NCBI GenBank assembly: GCA_051294905.1
Contig: CM119384.1
Coordinates: forward strand, 9,920,001-9,984,000
Reading direction: 5' to 3'
DNA from: Botryllus schlosseri
Lineage: Eukaryota
Length of the DNA stretch: 64,000 bases
Every line of letters begins with the position of its first letter. Within the stretch, counting starts at the first letter, position 1. Of this stretch, positions 1 through 12,500 are shown piece after piece. The notes beneath the pieces were generated by a model, which was not told where the DNA came from, did not search any database, and saw only the letters and a program-made list of their open reading frames with translations. The position numbers and the translations under genes were made by a program.

Positions 1-436
1 TGGAGATATATGGCAGAGGGTTCTGTTTCCGCGTACCACCCTAAGAAGGAGCGAAAAGGTGGTAAGCAGCACTCACTATACACCGCTGCCATATATATAT
101 ATCCATACCGATTAATGTATTCAACTATTTGCTTTGGGATGGACGTGGGAGCAAAATCTTATACCACAAAGTGCCAATTACTGGATTTGACCCATACGCC
201 ATAGTGGAAACCGATGAAAGACACGATTTTCGTCTACAGAGCACGGTCTACATCACCCTGCTTTCATGACAATTTCAACCGACAAAAGCGCTGGAGAAAG
301 TAGCGGAACTAGGTAAAACATACCTTGGCACTCTGCTATACTGACCACTTCTGTCAGCTGCAGTAGTGCTATAGGCAATAGACAAGCATGTCAATGTACG
401 CCGATTTCGTAAACCACGCCACTCAAAATACTTTAC

Positions 437-579
437 CTGCAACGGTCCGAACCTGCGCTCCGCTCGTAACAATTCCAGGATACGAAGATGAATGAGGATA
501 TAGGCGATAGAAATACACACGTCCGAAAGCGGGATCGGAGATAAAACTGGTATCGGCCACTTATAGTCCGGGTTGCTAC
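437..579 (-). CDS. TRPC: TRPC-like exon: S3-S4 loop and S4
   Basis: tag|GT AGC...CAG|gtaaag; SNPDYKWPIPVLSPIPLSDVCISIAYILIHLRILELLRAERRFGPLQ. Confidence 0.9.
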
Positions 580-3500
580 CTACACGTAAAATAAGTTTGA
601 CTGCAACGCCAGTTACGGTCGCATATAATCGCAGGGAGGTTACAGCGGTTATACGATGCTCCCGAATTCAATAAGTCAACCAAAGGCAGGCAAAGTAATC
701 AGCGTGGTAAATTCATACTGCCACTGAGGCAACAAATAGGCACAATCTTCGAAAACATATCAAGCAGTTATGTGATGAGTAGGGTTGCATTTAAAACAAA
801 CAGTGTTTTAAACAAAGGCCGTTTAAAAAAATTGTGATTTGTTTAAGTTGTAAAATTATGCCATAATTGTGTAAATACTTACAGAAAACATGTTGTACGA
901 GCCTACGGACAATTTCCAGCCGATATAGTCGACGTACATTGATATGGGATGGTTGGAATCCTCAAAATAGTTGGTTCAACAGCAATAGTGCAGATATTTC
1001 GTCAAAGGATCTACATTTACCCTACATTTTCAATTGCCAATGTCAATCCATCATGTCCATCATACCGTCATAATTGAATATTCGGTTTGAAAAAACACAT
1101 GTTTTAAACGAGGGCCGTTGTTTTAAACACATTTGTTTTGAATCGATTTCTGTTTTATATGCAACCCTAGTGATGAGTGTTTCACGCGGTACCTATGACG
1201 ATTTAACACATTAAATTGTTTCTATTTAAAAATATCGCAAATATATCTTATATAAGTATTGTTTAGATCAGTGGGGGCCAATCTTTTTGCTATTCACGAC
1301 CGCATTTCGACTATGCTCGTATAGTCTACGACCGCATTCCAGGGCATAGTCGTAATGAACTATAGCTGGACGCAAAATAGCCTGCCCATGCTAAGCTGTC
1401 CATAGTGGCCATATCCATTTCCGGTGAACTCTGGACTGATCTGCTTAATCATATCGGCTCACTATATACGCACCGAAATCGCGAGTGGTCATGTTATGAT
1501 AGGAGCGGGCACATTACGGCCCGCCACAACGCTTTGTGCGTTTTGAAAACCCCTGGTTCAAAACGAGAGAAGTCTCACCGTCACGAATTTCACGCGACTA
1601 AACACCAGCTTAACCTTATCGCAATTGGCCGCATACCTTTGACGGTCTTGTTTATAATACGCAGCAGCATATACCCGGTGAAGAGAGTGATGGTGGCCAT
1701 GTCGTTGTGATTCCAAATATCGGACAGGTACTCGCGGAGACCCTGAAAACGAAACCCGGTTAGCCTTGCACCACGGCCAGCCAAAAACTGCCTTCTCGCT
1801 CACCTGGTGCATCACCTCTCGGATTTCCTGCGCGAATTTTCCCACCACCCAAAAATAACCTACGATCAGAAGCGGCGGAATCTGGAAGGCGGCAGTAACG
1901 GAAAACATTACAGGTGTTGCGACAATAGGAACGTTATAAATGTGCAGTGTAGTGTAAAATTTCACTCGAGTACCAACCAGGGTTGTGGAGTCCGTCCGCT
2001 TTACCACGGACTCCGACTCCCAATATTCTCTTCACGGGCCTACAATTCCACCAGTCCTGTATATACATCTCCTCAGAAAATTATGCGATTATTACATTTT
2101 TAGTTACTAGTATGACTACCAAATGAATCAACCTACGAAACGAAGTACTCCTACTTTTTCGAAGTACTCGTGCAGTTTTCCTCTACTTCTGGTACTTACT
2201 CAAGTAGAGAGAGTATTCGCTACTTCTACTTCATAATATTTTGTGATCTTCTTACTTACTTTTCGCTATTTTTCGCTATTTTCAGTTTATCAAGTAGAAG
2301 TGGTGTAACCCCCCCCCAATTGAAAGAAAAACTGGGGAATTCTCGGGCTGTTTTCACGGAGTTCTTACTTTCAGTTTGAAGAAAATGCATAAGTCAAACC
2401 CTGTCTGCTTCTGGACTCTGCAAACCTTGCGTATCAGTCTTGCATTCAATCAAAATCAAGAAGCCCAAATCGAATTTGAGAATACTAAGATGCTAATGCA
2501 AGCGAGATTCGCCACAATCGCCCGTCCGTCCTCGTCCGTTGCTCGGTGGAATGAAGAGCGAGACAACAGTAGCGAGAGCAATTTATAGAAATAGCGAATA
2601 TACAATTTAACGGTAATCAACCAATCAAATCGACTATAAGCGTACCATTACAATGATACGAAAAAGCGAATACAAAAATTACGAACCGATTCCTTCAAAA
2701 ACGTCATCAAATAAAGGATAGAAAAAACATGCAGTATCGTAACAAAGTAGTATTGATATTTCTCGTTCAATTCGCTGTATCATTACTTATAGTCATAATT
2801 AGTTTCAGTTATTTTGTCTGTAGAACATACATGTTGAAGTATAAAAGCAAGTGTAGTAATGCTTTTAATTTCCGGGAATAAAGCTAAACAATACGGCCGT
2901 TTTACGATCCATCATTTTTTTTATTAGTGTTTAGTAATCGCGCAAAAGGTTTACACCGCATATGATACTACTTCTTCGTATTGCCCTTCGACTAAACTAC
3001 AGGCCTTATAATATGGGGGCGGGCACCATATCCATGATAATTTCTAAACAGAGGCTTAGTGTCGCATTTTCATATCAATACTATCATTTTCATCCCATGA
3101 TGTGGACGAATGCTTATGCTGTCGAGAATTGGATACCTTCTGGTGTGCATCAATATGAATCAAGCTCTGCACCTTTCGCATAGCTCAATTAGCAGCTTTT
3201 GACAATCCATGCGAACGAATTACGATCGTTTTCACAACTACTTACTTACTTGAGTAGATTTAATGTCACTCAATTCTACTTGTACTTCAAGTAGTTTTAG
3301 GTTGCTAATGAAATAAGTACTTCTAATCGTACTTGAGTATATTTTTTCATCGCTGCTTGAGTAGCTTTCTTGACTACTTTGACCATCTCTGCTTATTGTG
3401 CTCGCAGTAAGAGATTAAGTTTGTGAAGGCTCTCATATACAAGACATCGTTATGGCCGAGAGTCCGGCTTCTTGATCGGTAGGTCGTGGGTTCAATACCC

Positions 3501-6500
3501 GGCTGGGTCAGACCACAGACTTGGTCAGTAAGACTGCGGTGTCCGTGGCTTCCCCTCTTGGTGCTCAGCAACACGGAGGGGTGGTGCAAGACTTAGAAAG
3601 ACCAACAGCGACATATGCACATCAAGCGCTCATGGTGTGCATATGCGCACAGAGCGTATGTCTGTTTATTATGAGTCGGTGTGGATGCCGCAAAATCATC
3701 ACGGACTAAAATTTAAAACGTCCTATCCCTATATACGGGAAAAACTAAATAACTTACGCAACTACACAGCAAGACTTTTGACAAAATTTGAGAACTTTGA
3801 TTCGCATTTGAAGTGGTCAAGTCGGAGTCGGAGCATTTTATCCAGGATAGGAAGATAACCCTGATTTGAACAAACTCGGACTCCAGCCAATATGTTCTTC
3901 TCGAACTCCGACACCAAAGAGCGTTACAAGGTTTCTGTGACTTCAACTCCGCCAAGAGGAAATTTGACGAAACTATACGATCTCGACTATAGAGAGAGTC
4001 TTTATTTTCATCCAACCAAAATACATAACACACGGCAGTGACGGTGGTACAGAAAAAATGCTTGCACAGTATTCGGTATTAGATAGGAATGCTCGATAAG
4101 ACCGCGAAGGTCATCTAGTCTGATCACACCAGCGTCAAACAGGTACACTTGACTCTAAACAGTACTACACAACCCTCGTAAATGGTATACCCACGATGAC
4201 TACTTTCACTACATTTGGATTCGACACAGGTCGCGCACGAAATCTCAAATTCAATCTCGCATATAGAGTCAACCCGTACGAAACACGTCCACAATAAAAC
4301 GGTAGAAACAAACCGGAATGAACCGAAAAATACCGGAAACCGCCCACTGACATTTTCTCGATTCGCCTGCGTCTGCGAGTTCTGCGTCTGAATCGTGTTG
4401 ATCAGCAACAAGAACACGAACACCAGTTCGGACACGACCGAACACGCGAACTTCACGGTGGGATTGCGCATGAGCCGGCCTAATTTCGACTCGGGAGCGG
4501 CGATGAAGAAGATCGACAGCAGAGGAAACATGAAGCCCAGGAACGCCTGGAAGAGGAGCAGGGTTGGCCGATCAGAAAATGTTCCGATTTTTTAAATTAG
4601 ATTATAATTCGAATTCTGGTTCGTTTTGCACTATACAGTTCTCCTGTCGCATTTTCTGGGACACCAGAAATTTGAATCGAATTTAAATTCGCGCGCGGAA
4701 AAATTTCACTGATTCGATAAGAATTATAGATTGCCGGCATCTCACTATGATCAGCCTAAATTTTGGTTGGCCTTGCAAGTTCACAGTCTGGGCAATCCAT
4801 TTTTGATAATATAGCTAATTTCGAAAATTACCTCGCGAGCCACGGGCTGGTCGTTTCTGTTCTAAGTAGTCATGCGCAGAGGTGGTCAGTAACGAAGTAC
4901 TTCTACTTTTTGGAAGTACTCAAGTAGTTTTCCTCTACTTTTGGTACTTACTCAAGTAGATCTGATTTTCTCTACTACTACTTCGTAATATTTTGTGATC
5001 TACTTACTTACTTTTCGCTATTTTCAGCTTGTCAAGTAGAAGTAGTTTAATCCCCCAATACGAAATTGACCGGAGGAATTTCGGGGCTGTTTTCACGGAG
5101 TACCAACATTGAATATTCATAAACGTCAATTAAAGCTAAAAAAATTTGTTGCGCTTGGCGCACAGTAGTTATGGAGTGACAAATATGTTTTCACGAAAGT
5201 ATCAGTGAATATAATTTAGGTACTGGATTGCTTGGTTCCGCTCACACCGCATTCTCGCCCATATCAAATATTTCATCACAGTAAATATGGCCCACCATAA
5301 CATCTGGAAATACCGTTTCGCAATAGCAATTACCTATCATATTGCAATTTAGCAGCCCATGACGTGTCCTGCTATTCTGGAAATCCGGCTTTTTTGAACG
5401 TTACACCTGTTTTAGCAGATCACCTTTGAAGCTTCATAGACAAAAGACATGAAACATATTTTTCGCTTTCTAGAATTCCGAGTATTATACTTTGAGTTCA
5501 GGGATATCTAGATATCCCTGTTTGAGTTCTAATTATTTTCGGTTCTTTTGTCTGCAGTAGATACATGTTGAAGCATTTGTAGTAATGCCTCTATTTTCCG
5601 AAAATAAAGCTACACTAAATATAAATTTTACGATCCACAATATTTGTTATTAACGTATACTAATCACGCAAAGTGTTGAAACCGTATCCGATACAACTTC
5701 TAAGTATTGCTCTTCGCCTAAATTTGGGACCTTATATATAGGGGTAGGGCGCCATGCCATGATATTCTCTAAAACGGGGTCTTCTAGTAAATAAAGGGTT
5801 GGTATCGCATTTCATATCAATACTATAATTTGCATCCCATGATATGCGAAAGAATGCCTATTCTGGCTGAAATTGATACCTCCTGGGATGCATCAATACG
5901 AATCAAGCTCTCTGCATATTCCGCATAGCTCAATTTGCAGCTTTTGACAGTCCATGCGTACGAACGGTTTTCAAAACTACTTACTTACTTGAGTAGATTT
6001 AAAGTCAGTCAATTCTACTTCTACTTCAAGCAGTTTTAGGTAGCTTGTGGAAGAAGTACTTCTACTCGTACTTGAGTAGATTTTTTCGTCGCTACTTCTA
6101 CTCCTACTTGAGTAGCTTTCTGGACTACTTTGACCACCTCTGTCCACTATGACGTCTAAATTGAATATCCGTGACTTCATGACTTGAAAAAAGAACTAAA
6201 AATCATGGTTTCATCAAGGGCCATGTTTTAAACATGTTTGTTTTAAATTGATTTTTGTATGCTTTTTGCAGTTATTCATGGGTGCATGGCTATTCTCGAA
6301 ATTGCATGATGTACTTTCGCGGACAATGCGAAATGATTTATGACACTACAATCCGGTGGAATCTTCGTAAATATATTTAATTACCGTGGTATAGGGGCTA
6401 CATCTACAGCGTTACTTCTATTTCTACTCTTGAGTACTACCGATGGATTTTTTGACCTGAGCCTTCAAAATAAAAGGCGGAGTCCTTGTGGGCCCCTTCC

Positions 6501-9500
6501 TGTCTATATACGCAGTTGATAAGTCTTCAGTATTCTAAGTACAGGCGACTCTTCTACCACGCGACAGTAGCTGATTCCGTGACAGATTATCAAATTAACG
6601 GCAAGGTATAATACTATATGAACGGATACTGATATAATGACGGGCAACGTATAGTTGACGAAATATATGCTGTCATTTACCAACAAACGTTCGCCGCTGA
6701 CGCCTACATTTTCGTTAAACCAAACGATATAAATAAACATCGGAAATTGCAGGTTTTGTAAGACTTCGTCCCGTTTGTGAGTTTCGGTGACGTAGAGTGC
6801 GCGGTTCATTCAACGACTAACCGCGTTCTTTCTTACCTGTGCGCCAAAAGCTTTGATCCCTTGCAATTTCCTAAATAGACTTCCTTTTTGAATATAAATA
6901 AGAGCCAGCTGAGAGTTGTCAGACGTAACGAAGTCCTTCATTTTATACTTGATAGCCTGCAAACATTGTCATTTGTGAATATGCGTGGGATGGTTGCAAC
7001 AATGCAACATGGATGCAATAATAGGTACGAATTGGGTTTAAACTGCTTTTGATCAAGGATTGAGTGGTGCGAATATGCGATAGAAAACACGTAACAACAC
7101 TAAAACATGCTAGTTTGGCAGAACAGGATGTCAGATTTCGCGACAATTCGTCGTATCGTCTCGGGCCGAGGGCATAATCGCTACGTAGATGTGTGTAATT
7201 ATCCAACCAAAATCGCTCCTACGAAAATACGCGCCGACGGTGAGATTACAAGCGATTCACTGTGCATACATTTGTACCACACTATCACAGTTGCATTCTA
7301 GGGGATTCGGCTTTACATCAATATTACCGGAGCCTATATCGGTGACAGTGTTAATCGTATGCACCATTGAGATGGTCGGTTACGTAGTACTTATAATTTC
7401 GAAAGTAGCCATCTCCGAATAACTATGCTTCGCGGTTCACGCTTCAGCCGAATGAATATATACTATGTGTGCTGCTGTGTACGCTCATTAGTTGGTACAT
7501 TGCATCCCTCAGAGCCCAAAAGACCTATCTCTCATATTAAGCCTGTCGACGAAACCATTACTTATCATAAACCCCCGCCCTTATCAGTACGGTACCTCAT
7601 AATGACAACGATATGTCAGTGGTTGGGAAATGTCGTGTGCGTTCGTGTCCACTGAGGATTTTCCCTAATCTTTCCTACACTCGTGAAGTGGTGATGGATG
7701 CGGTATTCGCCATCCCTTGTCATCGTATGTCGATTACATTTGTCATCGAGCATAAAGTCGTAACCATTAATCTAACAGTTCAGTTCTTTCGGAGTCCCTT
7801 GCCGTGTAATCCAGTTTGTTATTCTAGATTAGTATAATAACGGCGTAACCTCACAACCTCGTGCGGTATCGATTCAGCCTGAACGATATTTGATGTTTAT
7901 CGCATTCGAAGCAGCCTGAGCTATAGCGGAGGGTACGGCATGAATTGTTTTAACAACGGACCATATACGGGCCAATTAGGCTATATAGGTTTAGTGGGAT
8001 CGAATTCGGGCACGGTTACATTGATTTCAACATAATCGCCATAAAACGGTAGCTTGTCATAAAAACAGATAAATTTTACATGCGAAGGTAGACTATTACG
8101 CATATTTTTTCTTCGTATCCAATCCATACTGGTCGCTGATAGCGTAATGTTGTTTAGTCTACTCGCGCGCGTTAAATCGGGAGGTCGGCAACCTGTTTGG
8201 TTCGCGGGCCCTGACCAATATTGAGGATTCTCAAGGATGTCGTATTCGCATCAACGTGCTGCCCTCTTTGGCCTTCGCTAACAGTTTATATTTACAAGGT
8301 GTCGCAAAAATTTATTATATTGGGATTATGATAGCGGTTGGAATTATGATAGCGAAGTAACATTTAGCAACGAAGTAACATTTCGCAAATCAACTAGATA
8401 TTTCTTACTGGCACTATGTACTCAAGTGGCTCTGAATTTGGAGCATTTCTACATCTATACTTACAGTTGTTTCGAGTACAACTACATACTTTTTCCGCTT
8501 TGTATTTTGTAGAGCAGACTGTAGTTCTGGGACATGTTTGCATCAGTTTTAAAAGTGAAATTGTCATAATTGAACGAAATAGCCTACGTATTACGGAAAT
8601 CAAACATATTTGTCAAAATTGCAAATTTGTGGACACGTAACTGCATTCTGCAATTTTAAAAGACGCCACCTCAGATTAAATGCCAAAAGTATGCGACCCC
8701 TCGACTATATAAATACGCGTTTAGAAGCTTCACTTTGTCAATGAAAAAAGTGGTTTTAATGCAGTATTCACACCGTTCGAGCCTCGGAATCGCAACAGGG
8801 GTTAACCCCGCTCAGAGGCCAAACGCCAGACGCCAGACGCCCCGCGGCGGCCGAATGTCTATACGGCGTTTGGCGTCTGGTTTTCTGAGACGCCGAGTAG
8901 CTATACGGCGTTTGGCGTCTGTTGTGTTCAGACGCCGAATAGCTATACGCACGAGCACGCACGAGCACTGTTGCCCGGGACAGCAGATACCTGATCCTGA
9001 TTTTTATTGCATGCTATATACCCAGATGTAAATTCTGATGTTTATATATTTATTGGCGACATTTTACTGTGGTTTTGTTGCGTATTTACTAATGACTTTT
9101 ACTGTGGTTTCGTTGCTTGTTTCATAGTGATTTTTACTGTGGTTCCACTGCTGATTTCTCAATGACGTTTACTGTGGTTCCATTGCTTATTTCTCTGTGA
9201 CTTCTACTGTGGTTCCACTGCTTATTTCTTTGTGACTTTTTCTGTGGTTTCGTTGCTTGTTTCTTAATGACCTTTACTGTGGTATTCGTTGCATATTTCT
9301 TATTGTGGTTTCATTACATACTGTATCTACAGACTTGGGTCTGAAATTCATTGTGAGTGTACAATTATAGTGTTGTGTTCAAGTCACTACCTTCGAGTCA
9401 CGAGTCATTGCACATTTTGACTCACTCGAGTCAAGTCATTTTAGCAAAGTGACTTGAGTCAAGTCATGACTCGAGTCATCCCAACACTGATATGGGGTGG

Positions 9501-12500
9501 TGACAGGGTTGTAACCAAGTCAATTTGACTCGAGTCATTTTCAATTCACACCGTGTCAAGTCCGAGAGCAATGGGCTGAGTCCAAGTCATGGTGTTTAAT
9601 GTTCCCCCATCCAGTTCAGCTTTAGGTCACTTCTGTGGAACTCTCGGGGGTGATATCGAAGGCCTCGGATATTTCATATGTTCATTTTTCCCACTCTGAA
9701 CATGTTTATTGTAACAGATAAAAGGCAGGTTTAGGGCCTATTTTTCATTTATTAGTCGTGATATACCATTCTTGAATAAGCCATAGAATGAGTAAATCCA
9801 TTTGTAAGAAAATAACTCGGGTCAGCAAAAAAATTGTGAGTCGAGTTAGTAGTATAACGACAGGAGGTGATCAAATAGGTCTTTTTTTAATCTGAACAGT
9901 GAACATACAATCATTTGGGATTCTGCCAACGCTTATTATGAAAAAATGTAACAATATGCAATCTTCGGTATCATATAGTTGCGGGAGCTTAATAGTCGCG
10001 CCATGAAAGGATTTAGCCTCTGCTCAGTTTACCGAGACACCAGACGCCAAACGCCGTATAGCTACTCGGCGTCTCAACATACCAGACGCCGAACGCCGTA
10101 TAGCTACTCGGCGTCTGAACATAGCAGACGCCAAACGCCGTATAGCTACTCGGCGTCTCACCATATCAGACGCCAAACGCCGTATAGCTACTTGGCGTCT
10201 CAGAAAACCAGACGCCAAACGCCGTATAGACATTCGGCCGCCGCTCGGCGTTTGGCGTCTGGCATTTGGCCTCTGAGCGGGTTTAACCCCTACTCCGGAA
10301 TCGCGGCTAACCGCAGTTTAGCATCGAAAGACATGTTCGACAAGGCTACTAATATTGCAGAACGACATTTCGGCCCCCACAATGGCTGCAAAGCGCTACG
10401 AAATAGTCGTGGTCCAGAAATACGAAATTATTTTGGATGAGGTGTGCCTGGCATCTGATTCCTTGCGCCACAAAAACATTATGCTGATATGACAGAAAAA
10501 CTCGACTTGACTCAATCGAATCACCCAAGCACTCCATTTTGAACAACCCAACAACTGTGACACTGGAGCCGCATGGCGCATTTGGGCACGTTATGTATTA
10601 AAAGCTAATCATACGAAAATCAGTTGAAAATGGAACGATTTATGATCATCAAGTGCGTTATGGTCCCGACCTCCTTATGATCGAAATTCAGTAACAAAAC
10701 TTCAAGATCCCCGAAAAATAACTGTCAAGTCTTCACTGTTCTTCTATCAAGTGCGCCCAATCTTCCCGTGCTCAGGTGTGCACTCGAAGTAAAAAGAGTC
10801 ACCGGGCGCACGCAACTAAACGGCGCAGCGCTGGATTTTAAGATCTTGCCTTTTCGATGGGCTTCAGGTAGTTCCGCATCTTCTCGCGCTTTTTGATAAT
10901 GATCCGGTCGGTTTCGCCGGGGTCGTCGTCTTCGTCGGGGTCGTCGTCGAGATCGTATCGCATCAAGTCGGCGAGCTCACTGGCCGACCTTACCTCCTGG
11001 AATGCATGGTGACATTCTTGTTAGCGTAGCCTATTCTACGTCAAGTCTGTAACGTTATTGAATGCTCACTGCTATATTATATTCTAAGGTAAATACACGC
11101 CGCATATACAGTGGGTATAATGCAGTGGTTCCCGACCTGTGGTACGCGTACCACTAGTGATACGCGAAGGTCTTTCAGGTGGTACGCGAGTAGATTCTAT
11201 TTTTTTTCAACCGAAAGGAGTTATTTTCAGGTGGGGTTGATTTTGAGAAGATTGTTCTCCAATAAACTTCTGGCTTAGCATGGCCTCATCGTACTCGACG
11301 CTAGCTTCTCGCGCTATTCCCCATCTGCTGATTTTCCCTTCTACGTAAGAGTGCGAGCAAGGATTTTCATCCCCGATGACTGCCAAGTCGAAGAAACAAA
11401 ACCCACTTGTTGCGCTCATGCTGCATGAATTTCGATGCGCTGTGAGCAAACGTATGCCGCGCATCGACCAGCTAGTGGAAAATAAACAAATGCAGCCATC
11501 CCATTAAATATATCGACTTTTGTTGGTATTTCATTATGTTGTCATCTTGTGACCGGTGGTGAAAAAACAATTCCATGCATCCCATCAACCCTGGCTGATA
11601 TTGCCTAATGCAGGAGTGGTCAACCTGCGGCCGTAGAGGGAAATTTGTGCGGCCGTGGACACGTAATTCAATTAGTATGTGTTGGCGGCCGTCGACATGC
11701 AATTTGAATTTACGAATTGACTTCCGATTTCTTGAAAGTTTTTGATTCATCTTGTTAATGTGACTTCATTTTTAGATTTTAATATAGTATAGCGCCCTTT
11801 GCAATCAGAGCCCCACAATACAGATGCGAACAGCTGAGGAAAATGATGTGCCTCATATAGAAATATCAACTCGGAATCGTGTGCTCCTCACTATACCGAC
11901 AATCCTGATGGGAGGTCAAGAAATAACAGCATGCAACAAAATCATAATTTATAACAGGCCCTAAAGTTTTGGAAACACCCCCTGCATCAACTCTATACCG
12001 GTGAATCTGATCACATTGGCTAAGAAAGGATAAATGTTTGATAGTAATATGTAAAACTACTAATATCAATGACGAAATTCATTGGTGAATATGGAAAAAT
12101 TTTCGCGCTTGGCGCGGCTCTGACCAGTCCCTTGCCATTACCAGTGACCACTCACGATTTCGGTGCGTATAGTAAGCCTATATCATTAAAGAGATTAGTC
12201 CGCAGTTCACCAGAAATGGGCATATACACTTTGACCTGGGTATTTGGCGTCCAGCTCGTTCATTACGACTATTATGTTCCGGAATGCGGCCGTGGGCTAC
12301 ATGAGTGGTCGAAATGCGGTCGTGAAACGCAAAAAGGTTGGCCACCCCTGATGTAATAGAATTTGTTATTTTATTACACCTCGCATACGTCAAATACGTG
12401 ATTATTACGTCATAAATGGTGAAAATTTTGTTTTACCGCCTTTGGTGCGCGTAACTTATGTAGGTGGTACGCGAGCACTGTATAAAACCTCGAAATGGTA

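Larger units (their letters stand above)
8806..10282. mobile_element. TTAA-flanked non-autonomous DNA transposon (piggyBac-like) with long TIRs
   Basis: TTAA at 8802-8805 and 10283-10286; about 140 bp of inverted terminal match beginning (C/A)CCCGCTCAGAGGCC; superfamily inferred. Confidence 0.65.

Noticed and set aside
6504-6809. 101-aa minus-strand ORF
   Set aside because: Intronic, no recognisable motif or splice support
10040-10282. CRISPR-like palindromic repeat and spacer array
   Set aside because: Spacers are only about 8 nt and related to each other, the array is mirrored at the other end of a transposon, there are no cas genes, and the context is a eukaryotic intron
8735-10440. ORFs with RRQTPYSYSAS / IRRLAS repeats
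   Set aside because: Translation products of the 42-bp tandem unit; open on both strands
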